Shown piece after piece: positions 22,285 to 34,520 of a DNA stretch of 64,000 bases. The DNA is from Raillietiella orientalis (taxonomy: Eukaryota), in contig JAYWIR010000011.1 of assembly GCA_036172245.1 (NCBI GenBank), positions 4,340,001-4,404,000 of the forward strand, given 5' to 3'. Under the pieces are notes generated by a model that searched no databases, had not been told where the DNA came from, and was given only the letters and a program-made list of their open reading frames with translations. Numbering within the stretch: the stretch's first letter is position 1; each line of letters begins with the position of its first letter. The position numbers and the translations under genes are program-made.

Positions 22285-25200
22285 TCAGGCGAAGCGGGCA
22301 GCAGTCAGGTCGGCGGCGCCGCTGCCGCCGTGCTTCTCGATAACGTCACGCAGCCAGGTCAAGAACGGCGCCACCTTGACGTACACGCCGAAGGAGTTCT
22401 TTCTGGCGCATCCCTCGCCTCCCGCTGCCACGCCGTACAGGAAGTATCCCTCGCCGTCGTCCCTCTCCATCACCAGGGGGCCTCCGCTGTCACCCTGGAG
22501 GAAGAGGACGGGAGAGAGGAGCAGCTCGTCAGGAGGCGCGCGTGGAGACAAGCAGGGGGAGGGGGGTTCCTCGAGGAGGAAGCTGCCGCCATCAGCGGCG
22601 CGTCTCCCCCTTGGGCGTGCGCCCGAGATTGAGGACGGAGGGACCGACCGACTGCGGAGTCCTCAGAGAATGTGCGACCTTGAAACTTGCTGACCTGCGC
22701 AACGGCGCCTTCTCGCGGAGGAAGGAGAGGACGCCCTCACTCTCTCCCTCCTCCGTCCTCTCCCTTTTCTCTGCCTCCGTTTCCTCCTTCACAGCCGGTT
22801 TGAGCTGGTCTCCCTAGCAATGGGGCTCCTCCGGCAGAGATCTTCGTGCCACCCCTTCCGTCCGTCCTCCCTTCCTTTCCCCGCGCAGCGTCCACTTCCG
22901 CTCTCGCCCGTCGCTCCCCCCGCAAGTCACTCCGCCCACCAGCATCCACGTCCCGCCTACTGCAACCGCCAGGAGTAGACTGCTCTCAGTGAGCGTCCCT
23001 CCTCCCCCCTCTCCCATGCCAAGTGGCCCCTGCAGGAGGCTCACGTGATCCCGGAGGGAAACCGACGCTCTGAGGCACGACACGCGAGCGTGCTTGGGGA
23101 ACGAACTCTCCCGGAATTTCTCCCCTCATCCTCCCCTTCTTCCGGGAGCGCCTGCGGCTGCCTTCGGCTCCGGAAGATCGCTCTTTCCCCTCTGCACCCC
23201 CGTTGCCCCAAGCTGCGCCAGCCTCCTTTCGAAGCACCCCCTTCCTCTCCTTTCGTGTCCTTACCTGGCAGGCGTCCTTCCTCCCCTGTTTGTATCCTGC
23301 GCACAGGTTGCTCCTGGAAACGATGCCCCGGTACAGTTTGCTGCAGGTCCTGTAGGGAACGATGGGGACCTCCACCTCCTGCAGGATGTCGTGGATCGGT
23401 CCGCCCTCCTCCACGGCGCCCCACCCGGCCACCAAGCCAACGCCTGGGAAGAACAGGATGAAAGAAGTCTCCTGCGAAGTCTCTTGCAGATGTCTCTCTC
23501 CCAGGACTTCCACAGGAAGAGCAGGAAGAAAGCTCGGTGGCGGTGGAAGGGATGGTCACGGGGAGGAGGACGAAGGAGGTTCTGTCGCTTAAAGGGCCGC
23601 CTCTCGCTGAGAGGACCGCCTCAGGGAAGCAGCAGGTCTATGCAGGAGAGACTCGAGAAGGAAGGGATAACACCCAGTCGCTCCAGGAAGAATAGGAGGA
23701 GGAAGGGAGGGGGAGGGGGGAGAACCACGTGGCGGTATTAACCGCCTCCGATCCCTGGAGAGGCGGTCTTGAGGTTTGTCTAGGACGAGGAGAGGTCGAT
23801 CCTGGGAGGCTGCACTTTTGGAGATTCCGCTACTCCCCCCCGCCTCTCCCCTTTTGCTTTCGGCTCCGGTTCCACCAGATGACCACGGGAATGGTCTCCC
23901 GAGGGAGACGGATGAATAGGGATGGCCTCCTTTTCCTGTGGAAGTCCCCGACTTCCTGATCTCCTCCGCGGCCGCAAGAGTGGGTGGCAGAGAACGTGTT
24001 GCCCCTGTTGGCTGAAGGAGCAGTGGTTCCGCAGTACCTCGCGCCCGCGCTACCGTGTCTCCTGAAAGAGATAGGTCTCTCTGTGGGAAAGAAAATGTCG
24101 ACACCGAAAAGGCCCCAGGCGACGGCGGCAGCAAAAGGGAAACAATCCTGGGGAAGAACGGCGACAAAGACAAGAGCGCAAACGAAGAGGGAAACGCAGC
24201 AAGGACAAAGGACAGTGAGCGCTATTCGATAATATGAAGACGAGGAACAATGGAGATGACCCTAGGAGGAAGAAGAAGGACGAAGACAACTCTAGGAGGA
24301 GGAAAAAGGAGATCGAGGACAAACGCTAGGAAGAAGTAAGGTGGATACAAGACGAAGGCAAAGATACGGACGCTGGCAGTTATAAGATTCAGGAGAAGAG
24401 CAGCTGATAGCAAGAAGAAGGACAAGGACGAAGGAGAGAGTATCTCAGAGAATCGGAACGTCTGGCGCGCGGCCTGGTGTCTTCCATCGCAGGCTGTCCG
24501 GCTTCGTTTGGAGGTGGGGGCGGCTGTATCGGAAGCACGGCTCAGCTCGGACTGCGCGCTCGCAGCGATAGAGCGTGGGGCAGCGGACCGACTGAACTTC
24601 TGGGAGCAAGCTCGCCGGCCAGAGCTTTCGGCCGGCGTCCACCAGCAGGAGGGTCCGCCGTGGTGGAGGATCTCCAATACTGCGGCATTGACCATCAGAA
24701 GAGCTGCTTCCAACGCTCTCGCATGGACCGGGAAGCGACGGCGGCTTCTCCCCTCCTACTTGCTCCACGCGGCCGACAAAAGGCGGCGACACCTTTGACT
24801 CCCACTGCTCCACTTGCCACGGAAAGCATTCGAGCCTCTCGACCCCTCCGCTACGAGGAAGCTTTCCTGCCCGAGTCCAGGATTTCCTCCTTCCGCGTCG
24901 CCGGGAACCTCCCGATCATTCCCTGCCGTCTGTGGCTGTAGTTTCCGCAGGCGCATGGGAGAGTGGCAGGTCCGACCTCTCCTTACTCGGGCCCCGTCGA
25001 CACGGAGACTGAGATCCCTGGGCTCGCCTCTAACGGTGCGACCCCGAGCTCTTTGCCTTGACCAGCGCTCACTGGTGGTCGGTGCCAGAGGTCAGTCATT
25101 TCCTCGGCGCGGATCTCCGGACGTCATTCGTTCCGGCGGCGAAGATCAGCCCCGCAGTTTCCGCGCCACAGCCGCGCGACTATTGCCGGCCTGTTCTTCT

Positions 25201-27362
25201 CCCCGTCACCTCAGCGGTCCCATTGCTCCGGGCTGCGGGGTGCTGCTCCTGAAGTGGTCGCATCGGATGTCGGAGGGAGCGTCGTCGCAGGCAGCTTCGC
25301 TTTACTCCTCTTCTCCCCCCTGGCGAGCGGCGAGGAAACCATCCACCTGATCTCCCTGGGATGCTCTTCATCCCGCAGCACTCGCCACGCTGCCCAAGCT
25401 GCCGCCTTATTCGTTTTATTCCTCCCCACTTCCTCTCCATTCTTTCCTCTTTCCTCCTTCTCCGTTCTCTTTTTTCTCTCTCTGCTCCTCTTCCTTCATT
25501 CTCCCTTTCCTCCCTTTCTCTCCATCCCTTTTTCCCTCTCTTCTCTCACCTCTTTCTCCTCCTCCTCTTCCTCCTTTCTCCCCTCTCACCACCCCTTCTC
25601 CTTCCTTTTCTCTCCTCCTCCTCTTCCTCTCCCTCTTCCTGTTTCCTTCTTCCTCCCCATTCCTCTTCCGTTCATCCGAACGGTCCGCCCCACCACCCTA
25701 CGAGCGCGTTCCCCCCTTCCGCAGCTCCTCCTGCCGGGAGGAAGAAGCGTGGACGCCCAGCTCTACTCCCGGGGCACCTCCGGCGGAGGGAATGGAATGA
25801 AATGGGGAGAATCAGCCAGGGGGAGGGGAAGAAACGATCCCTCGCGCTCCCCACAGCTTTCCTGGGAGAACACTCCTGGGATCCGCTCTCCTAGTTCACA
25901 GGGAGACCACCCGAGGCGCTCCCCAGCGTTCTCCTCCCCTCTTCCCGGAGCTACCCCTGGCGACAGTAGGAGAGGCGGCGGTGACGGGGGAGGAGCGCCT
26001 ACTTTCCGGAGTGCTCCTGTCTTTCGGCAGCTGGATGGCGTCCACGAAGGCGTTGAGGTCGGCACCCCGCTCCAACCTCAGCAGCGCTACGTCGTTCTTT
26101 GCTGTCCTGCAAGAGGAGGAGGTCAGCGCGCGTGCCATGGGGTATGGGGAAAGGAGGGGTCCGAGAAGGCTGGGAGGAGGAAACCGGTCTTTCCTGGAGG
26201 GTGGTACCATGGGCAATCACATACTCTCGAGGAACTGACCCTGAGGATTTTTCGGGGAGTCCCGAGGGAAAGGCAGTCGCTGTCGGAGCTGTTCCTCTTC
26301 AGGAGGGGGTGGGACGAGGTGAGAAAGAGGGAAAGAAGATCCGGGAACCAGGGAGTGTGATCTTGGCTTTCGGGTTGCTAGGAGCGAAGCCTCAGGGTGA
26401 GTAGGGCAAATGGAGGATTAAGGGGGAGAGGAAAGGAGGGGATGGGAAAAAGGAAGGGAAAGGGGGAAAGAGGGGTCTTCTTTGCCAGAAGGGCAAGGGG
26501 GGGCCATAATAGCTCACCTTGGAGTGTGCCTCGGGTGCCGGAAGGTGGCGTTGATGGTCAGCTCCTCCTCCGTACCATCGTCCAGGGACAGGTTGTAGTC
26601 GCCCAGAATCACCTGGCAGAGAAGAAAGGAAGGAATGACCCGCTGCTTCTGGAGTCTCAGGGTCGCAGGCCCACCCTCCGGAGCCCCCAGGAAAGAGCAG
26701 CATGGACGGAGGGAGAGAAGCGGTCCAGGGTCCCTGAGATCCTCTCCACCCCCCGGCGCACCTGCGGCCCCCAACGGAGGACCTTTGGTCACTTCCCTGG
26801 GAACGGCTGTTATCCCCACGACCTCGATCTGTTTCTGGTATGGGAACTGTCAGGGATACTCGGAGGGCAGGTGAAGAGAACGGGAGGTTGTCCTCCTGGG
26901 AATGAGAGGCGCGCTGACCGGGGTCCCTGGCTGGGTGCGAGCGAAGCCGCTTTGCAGGGGTCACGGGAGGAGCCCATCCATGGTCCACACGTCCGCTACT
27001 TCCTCCTCCGACCTCTGTTCACGCCAGCTCTCCTTGAGGCGCTCTGCTCGCGGGTCCAGCCGCGACCCGGAGCCTACCAGCATCCACAGGAGCCGGTTCA
27101 AGCCATCCCAAGAAAGCTGGGCACCGGGGAAGGAAGGTCTCTCCTTCCGCGGCGCAAGCCCTGGGGGTGGATGAAGGCGCCTGCGGGAGGGACGAGGGCG
27201 GGCGCTAGGCGGCGGAGGGGATGCTCACCGTGCTCTTCCCGTGGGCGACGCCTTGGATGCAGTGGGCAGCAGTGAGGACCCACTCCGGGTGAATCAGCGA
27301 ACCTCCACAGAAATGCTCCCCTCCTGGGGTCCTCCTCAGCGAAGCGATCCAGGGATACTCTC
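22285..27362 (-). CDS. Trypsin-like serine protease (S1A family), 5' exon(s) not located
   Basis: Five phase-consistent exons. 27229-27362: [28 protein letters not shown]. 26518-26612: [13 protein letters not shown]. 26003-26106: [13 protein letters not shown]. 23265-23443: [30 protein letters not shown]. 22285-22494: [26 protein letters not shown]. The His/Asp/Ser triad is intact and the S1 Asp indicates trypsin specificity. Confidence 0.95.
24500..24810 (+). mobile_element. Possible decayed L1/Tx1 post-RT fragment inside a protease intron
   Basis: DRLNFW...[29 protein letters not shown](GG) resembles the FLWxGK...L..P...GG segment of L1/Tx1 ORF2. Confidence 0.3.
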
Positions 27363-28349
27363 CTGCAAAAGGGGGAACACGCCGTCAAAACACTTCCCTC
27401 AGAGGCGATCGATCCGGGATTCCCACGGTGATCCTGAAGCTAGGGAGGTCGGCAAACGGAGAACCGAGACAGGAGAAAGGGATGAGTTGGGAGACAAAAA
27501 GGAAGGTAGTAGAAGAGGAGGAGCAGGAGCAGGAAGAAGGGAAGAAACTGTGAAGGAAGAAAGGAGGAAGAGGAGGAAGAAGCAAGGAGAAGGAGGGATA
27601 GGAAGGAAAGAGGGTGTCGTGACCGATTTTTGTCCAGCAAAAAGGAGCAGATGTAACAGTGCAGTGAGTGTCCCTTTAGAAAGGAAGAACGCTTCCTCTT
27701 CATGACAACGGTAGATGGAAAACCGTGGGTTTGAAGAGATGCTCGCCCTTCATGGACGTGTGTTTCATGTCTCTTCTGTATGTTCCCAAAGGATGGAAAA
27801 AGAGGATACTGATGATCTCAATCCCGGCGCAGGTGCTCCCAAAGTGCACGTTCCATTCGAAACGGGAAGCGAGTCGAGGATTTTACGAGGAACAGGGGTG
27901 ACGGTAGTGACAATTGACTTCCTACTTTACCTATTCATGACCTCCACTCCTTATCTCGAAAAAAAAAAAGAAAGTGGTTGCCCGGGCTGTTTGTTACCCA
28001 GCAGACGCGCACAGACGACAGGCGGCATCCTTTGGCGGTCGAATTCTGGTTCCCGAGCGACGGGAGTTTCCCTACTCCTGTACTCGCGCGTCCACCTGTC
28101 TCCTGGACGGCGGCAACGGGCGCCTCCCGGCTGACGAGCGACTTGCACACTGTTTTTTTTTTTTTCTCTGACTTCTTCAAAGGACCCCCCTTCGAGAAGC
28201 GGAGTAGAGTAAGGAAGAGAAGGAAGAGAGGACCGGACTTCTCTGTGGAGTCCGCTCGCAGTTGGAGCAGCAGAGCCGGGGGTGAGGAAAGGGGCGGATG
28301 GGATAGAGGCAACGTCACCGGGCAAGCGCAACGGAAAGCGTTCCGAGTC

Positions 28350-29300
28350 CAGCGGGTGGGGACGGCCTCTTCGAGGAAGACCGGCGGTCTCCCGAGCAGC
28401 ATCCCAAGGTGGCGACAAGATCTGGCCAGTTGCAACTCTGGCACCAGTGCACCGGTGGAGACACCGCTCCAGACCCGTCCCGCGACTCCGTGGAAAGGGA
28501 CATCACCGCGAAACCGTGGTTGCAGTCCCTCCGGGCCGCCTCAAGCAAGCGACCAGAGAAAGCTCTTAGGCCAATGTCAAGAGGGATATTCTCAAGAGCG
28601 CTCGGTTCTAGAAACTCTGGACCGGATTTGAGGATTATCCTCTCCGAGCGCAGCAGGCACGTGAGCGGGAATAGGGGGATGCAGGTCGAGGAGCTGCAGG
28701 AGACCTTTGGCTCACGAACGGCAGTGGGAGGCTCGCGGAAGGCAACAGAAGGGCAACTCCATTGCTTCAGACCTGGAGGCGGGCACCTGTGCTCCAAGGG
28801 CAGCGCGGGAACCCTCAAGCGCTCCCTGGACGCGATCGGTGAGTTCCTCCCTGGAAGTGGCTGGTAGAAGAATGCACTGTGGAGCTGCTCAAGAGCGTTT
28901 CACGGTTCAAGAGACGAAGGAGTGGAGGTAGCAAAGAAGGAGAGCATCGTAGGTGTAGTCCACTTCTGCGTTCGAAGGCCATCCTCTGGACCGAAAGCAG
29001 AATGACCAGTGCGATGCGAAAAAGTCAATCCTTGGAATGCAAGATCTCAGGTCAGATCTCGCGCAGGAGGTAATGAGATCGAGAAGCTGAGCCCTCATGC
29101 GGTCCGGCACCTCTCCCTAGGGTTATCGAGCGATGAAAGATGGGAAGGAGAACGAATGGTCCAGAGGGTTGAGTTGGCTTTGCCCCAGAGTGGGACCGGA
29201 GACGTCTCCGAGGAGTGCCGCGGTCCAGGCGGACCACAAGGGAATGCCTCGATCTCTCAGCGGAGCTTGCAAGCGGAAGGCAAATGGAGCTCTGCCGCCA
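28350..29300 (-). mobile_element. Decayed L1/Tx1-like ORF2 fragment (linker plus RT N-terminus)
   Basis: Colinear motifs in L1 order: LLGDVSGPTLGQSQLNPLDHSFSF (cf. FL...P.L...Q...LD.PIT), SAFGPEDGL (cf. SPGPDGL), PK...PLTCLLRSERIILK...LEP...IP...AFSGR (cf. RPISLL..KI..K..RL...I...GF..GR). Stops and frameshifts are present. Confidence 0.5.
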
Positions 29301-29794
29301 TGCTGATGGACCGATGAGGAAGTGATGGAGGCGCGGGCAGCGCAGCAGAAGCGGACGCTTTGCTGCGCTGACGACCACGAACACGGCGTGGTCTCCGACA
29401 TGGCGTGGATGAGTGCGCCTCGGCGCGCGGAGGCCCCTTCCCCAGCAGGCGAGCCATTCAGGCTTTGCGCACCTCGGGGCGGGATGCGGGGAGTAAAGAG
29501 CTCGTGCAAGAGGCTTCAACCGCAGACCGTGGCCGCGTCGCCTCCGTGAGATCGAAAGGCGGATGGAACCGAGAGACCCCGGGAGAGCTGCAGGGGGGGA
29601 ACAGGAAGGGAAGGAGGGGGGGGAAGGAGTCAGCTTTCTGATATGCGAAAGAGACTTCCCTCCCGGTTCACTTCCTTCTTCGGTTCGCTCATCGGAGAGC
29701 GGTGCTGCTGCGGGGGGGAGAGAGGGGAGCTGTCAGAGTCCTCTGCACCCTATCGCGTCACCCACGGGTGCGCGTAACTCAGCCAGGATGAAAA

Positions 29795-30165
29795 CCGTAA
29801 GGGACCACCCCTAAGAATCAGAAAGGCCTCGGGGATGAAGCCCGTTCCTCTCTACCCTTGGAGGTGACCCCAAATGGAACACGCTCCCAGCAAAGAGGAG
29901 GAAAATAGAGAGGAGTTTCCAGAGGACGGGGAACCCCGAAGGGAAGCAAATTCGTGGTTCCTGGAAGAACTCCGGAAGGGCTATTCACAATTTCGACTGG
30001 TCGACGGGAACACCTGGTCTCCGGGCCGCGTCCGAAACAACCAGAGTCATTGTGCAGAGGAAGGGAAGGGGGGAGAGTAATAGAAATCCACGACGACGCA
30101 CCCCCCATTCTCGGCGTCAGCCTTTCCCCCGAACGGGATTCCAACCCCTTTGACGTCCGTTGACG
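29795..30165 (-). mobile_element. SINE-like element, copy B (internally deleted)
   Basis: The reverse complement gives ggggttggaatcccgttcgggggaaaggctgacgccgaga (head) and ...gagaggaacgggc..tttctgattcttaggggtggtccc (tail), matching the other copies. Confidence 0.65.
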
Positions 30166-31029
30166 TGCACGCGCGTGCGACTGCACGTCAACGGACGTGC
30201 AGTCGCACGGTCGCCAACGCGGGTCCCGAGGAGTTGCTTTCATGAACGGGAGGAAAGAGGTGAGTCGGCGACGGAAAGGTCAGAGGTGGCACGTGCCGTT
30301 GATGAGCTGACGTTCAGGCTTTCTTCCGAGAAGAGCACAACGAACCTACTGCGCCCCAGGCACGTTGTGAAGACCAGCTGTCGGTTCCCGCCTTCCTACT
30401 CCCGCCACGCTTCGAGAGCTGAGCGCCCGAGGTGCGTAGCGAGTCCTTGGCTCTCCCGTCGCGCGAGCGTCCTTGGGGAGGGCGCCGCTTCCGCCCCTGA
30501 GGCAGTGGACTTGCGCGCACCGCCACCAAGACAGACCCGCGCCGCGTCTCTCCGCGCCGAGCACGCAGCCGTGTCGTAGAGGAGATGTCCTCTCAACGTG
30601 ACTCCTCCTTCCACCGTGAACTGTATTTCCGGAGCCCTCTGCAGCCTGGAAGTGAGAAAGTCCAGCCCTGGCCATCCGAATCTTCCAGCCCAGCAGCCAC
30701 CCTAGCCCTCGCGATCTGCGACGCTCGTGCGCGGGTTTTTTTCCCCAAGAGTCCTGGACTCTCCCCTCGTTCGGAGTTCCTAGCGACGGCACACGCATTC
30801 AGCTTCTCTTCCAAGGACCGCTCTCCATCCCGCGGTCACGACCACAGTCCGTCCTGCCGAAACGGAACAGCCGACTCCCTCTCCTCCCCTCTCTCTGCAT
30901 GGACACCTCTCGTTTCCTGCAGAAGATGGCGGCAGTCTGCGGGACTACAGCGGCAGCGGCGGCAGAGGAGACCAGGATCAGGTTGGGATTCGGCCCCACC
31001 GTTCCATCTGGAGTAGGACGACTGAGGGA

Positions 31030-32223
31030 CGACGCAGAAGATCCGTCCTCCGCAAGGTGGCGCTGCGGCTTGGCAGCACGGAAGGCGGGGTAACTCCAGG
31101 ATGGGGCGGGAAACGCCCATCCAGGGATCGCCAGGAGAGAGGGAAAGGGAGAGAAAGAGAAAATCGCCCTTTTCCTCAGTGTTCGAACGTGGCGCCCTCC
31201 ACTTTCCGGCGATGCCTGTGGGTTTCGAAGGGCAGTCGTGCGATCCTGCTCACGTCCCTCCCCACGGCCCCCGTCTTCCACCGCCCTCTTCCGAGTGGGC
31301 GCCGCCACCGTGGGAAACTCCGACGAGCGGCTCCACGCCCTGGCACACGCCCTGTTGCTCCTTAGGCCCTAGAGCGTGGACTCCCGGTTCTTTCAGGGTC
31401 TAGGACTGCTTCCAGAAGGGACCAGGAAGAGTGGGATGTCCGCGGTAACGAAGGGAGGGGGACCGAGCTCGAGCTGGGAACGCTTTCTCGGAGGCGGTTG
31501 GCAAGCAGCAGCGGCACTCAAATCTCAAGATCATAAGGAGGAGGAGGAGGAGGAAAAAGGGAAGAGGAGGATGAAGAGAGGGAGCAGATGGAGGGGAGGA
31601 GGAAGAGAGGAAGGAGGAAGAGGAAGAAGAACAGGAGGAGGAGGAAGAACGGTGCAAAAGAAAAAGGAAGGGAAGAGGTGGAAGAGGAAGAAAAGGAGAA
31701 GAAGAGGAGGAAGGGATGGAAGGAGGGGAAGGAACAGCAGGAGGAGGAGAGGAGGTGAAATGGTGCCATTTCTCGACGGCGCTACAGAAAAAGCAGAGCG
31801 AAAATGCAGACGTGGTGGTGCAGGAAGGAGAGTGTTCACGACCTTCCCCTACCCACCGGGTGAGCACCACCGCGATCTGCTTTTCCGGCAGCCGCAAATT
31901 GCTCCAGGGAAGAACTTCCACAGGTGCTTGCCTGAAGTGCGAAGGAGGAGGAGGAGGCTGTCGGGTTCGAGCAGCGGTCGCGTGGCCGTGGGGAGGGACG
32001 CGAGCGGGATCACACGACCTGCCCCTCGAAGCCCACAGGCATCGCCGGAAAGTGGGGGGCGCCACGTTCGTGCCCTGAGGAAAAGGGCGGCTTTCACTTT
32101 CTCTCCTTCTCCGTCTCTCCTGGCGATTCCTGGATGGGCGTTTCCCGCCCCATCCTGGAGTTACCCCGCCTTCCGTGCTGCCAAGCCGCAGCGCCATCTT
32201 GCGGAGGATGGATCTTCCGCGTC
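31030..32223. repeat. Long inverted repeat, arms about 240 bp (31030-31269 and 31984-32223)
   Basis: The arms are reverse complements, e.g. ggcgctgcggcttggcagcacggaaggcggggtaactccaggatggggcgggaaacgcccatccagg and its exact reverse complement at about 32128-32195. The same peptide appears on opposite strands in the ORF track. Confidence 0.95.
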
Positions 32224-34149
32224 ACCTCTCGGTCGCCCCGCGCCCACCTCGCGCGCTGCTGCGGGAACGCTTCCATCCCAGGATCCGCTCTACGATTCTC
32301 CCCCGAGCGTCCTCGTTCCATCGGCCACCGCAGCAGCGGCAGCCGGGAAGGCGATGCGGCCCGAGCGTTCTTTCCATCGAGCAGCCACAGTACCTTTCTC
32401 AGCATCCTTGCCGCCAACAATCCGGTCGTCGTAGTCGTGGTCGTCCGAGCGGACGAAGGGCCCTGGAACGTTCTCATTTGCCCCTCCCTTCCTATCAGCA
32501 GCGAGGGTTGTCCCTTACATGGGCAGGACACTGCCAGGGTCCAGCAGAACCGGAGGATGTTCATGCCTCTTTCTCTTCCTTCTCGACCCGGGAGCGACGG
32601 GACGTCGGGAACAGACGAGGGTTCCGCGTTGCCTGAGGCCGCACTGAAACCCGCGCGCCACCGCCGCTATCGCCCCGCGCGTCGCTATCATGCAGATAGC
32701 GCCCGCCAGGCGGGGATGCCCGCCTCGCGCCCCCACCCACAGAGGGTGGCATCTAATCGCTGCCAGCCCCTCAGCGCCCTGCTGCTCCGGGAGGCGATTC
32801 TACGTCCTTTCACCTCCTTACCCATCCCGGCGCCCGGAAGCGCAATCCGTCCCATCTTCGGCAGGAAGGCGGGCAGTGGAGCCGCCAAGGCACGTGCCAC
32901 CTCGCCGACCGGGCGGTCGCGCTGATCGGCAGGGAGTCCGCGTGGTGTGCGCTGCTCCTGGCTTCGCCCTGTCCCCTCGCCCCCCGCAAGAGCTGCTGCT
33001 TCTTCGGTAGAGTTATGAAATCGCCCGCTCGGAACTACCGCCATCCGTTCCTCCTGAGTTTCCCGCTCCGAGGACACGATCCTTCAGGACACAGCGTTTC
33101 GCAAGTCAGTCGCGAGGCGTGGGAGGATCAGCAGGAGGCCCCATCAGAAGCACACGAGGATGCGCACCTGGCGATTAGCCCGGCTGCTGCCGACAGCGCC
33201 GACGGGTCCTGCGAGCCCCGGGTCCTTCGGAAAAGATGGCTGCTGGCGTCGGCGACGGATCGCGACGGACCGTGGCCACCAGTGCAGAACGATCTCCAGG
33301 TTGCTTCGTTTTTTCGATGCCCTCTTGTGGACCTTGGACGCCGTTGCTCTCGGTCAGCACCCGCAGGAGGAAGAAAGGGGGAGGAAGGGGAAGAAGAGAG
33401 GCGGAAGGGAATAGAAGGAGAAGCAGTGGAAAAAGGGAGAAGGAAGGAAGGACAGGGGAAGGAAATCCTCAGGAGCGGAGGTAGAAAGCTCCGGGCTTTC
33501 GCTGAGCTGAGAACGGTGCCCCCCTCACGCGACAGCGCGAAATCGAGGTCAGCAATGCTCGGGTGGGGAGCGTGGGGACCCGGAAAATTTGCTCTACTGG
33601 TGCCTTCGGGCCTCGCAGCGTGCCCTCCCCGGGAGACATCCGGAAGCCGTCTTACGACGCGTCTTCCGAAGCAGGGAGGTGGTATGCCGCTGCTACCGCA
33701 CCTGAGCTCTTCTGCGGCCGGCGCCCCGAGTGGTGAGTGCATCCTGCAGTCGAAGACCCTCCTCTTTCGTGCTGACCGGAAGGATACCTCAGGTCAGGAT
33801 GAAGAATCCGAGTCTGGGATCGCTCGGCTCGTTTAGCCAGGATCCCAGAGCTTCTCCATCTGTATGCATCGCCCCCTCCGTGGCACGCCTACTGGAAGGG
33901 GAGGAGGAGGGAAGGAGGAACAAGAATACCGGCAGCGAGCGAGCGGTCCAACATCCGGCTGCACAAAAGGGTCACTGGAATAGGGCCAGCATCCTTCCGG
34001 CAGTTCGCACCCCAGCTGGATACAGGAAGAACACGCACGCGGGACTCTTGTTCCCGCGGCCGCTGCTGACCTTTTCGACGAGGGAAGGTCAAGTTCCAAT
34101 CTTCCTCATCCTCGCATGACGATTACTTCACCCCTCCTCATCCCCCCCT

Positions 34150-34520
34150 CCTTCTCCTGCCTGGTCGGCGTCCGAAGTCTTCGAGGGTTCCAACGGGCTA
34201 TGGAGAGGAAGGCTGGAACCGGAGGACCGCTGATGAATGAGCACCGCCGCAAAGAACAAGCCCACCTCCGGAACGCCTTTCGCCGTCCTGTAGAGTGCGT
34301 ATCCCGCCCGGGATAGGGAGCGCCGCCGCCTCCGAATCTCGTTCGCGGGGTGCCACGGCGATCCCGGAGATCGGTGGTTTCCACCAGGCGGTGATCCCCC
34401 ACGGTGACTTCGGGGGTTGCGCTTGCAGAATAGGGTGCTCCTTGTGCCCCCCATCTTGTGGGTGGCAACCAAATCTCTCGGTCACGGCGAGGGCTTCCCA
34501 GTCCGGATGTTCAAGAACTC
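34150..34520 (-). mobile_element. Possible decayed LINE APE endonuclease N-terminal fragment
   Basis: Across frames: PKSPWGITAWW, DSEAAALPIPG, GYALYRT, RRSGGGLVL (cf. PDIIGITETW..DSE..IPGY.LYR.DR..GGGV). Confidence 0.35.
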
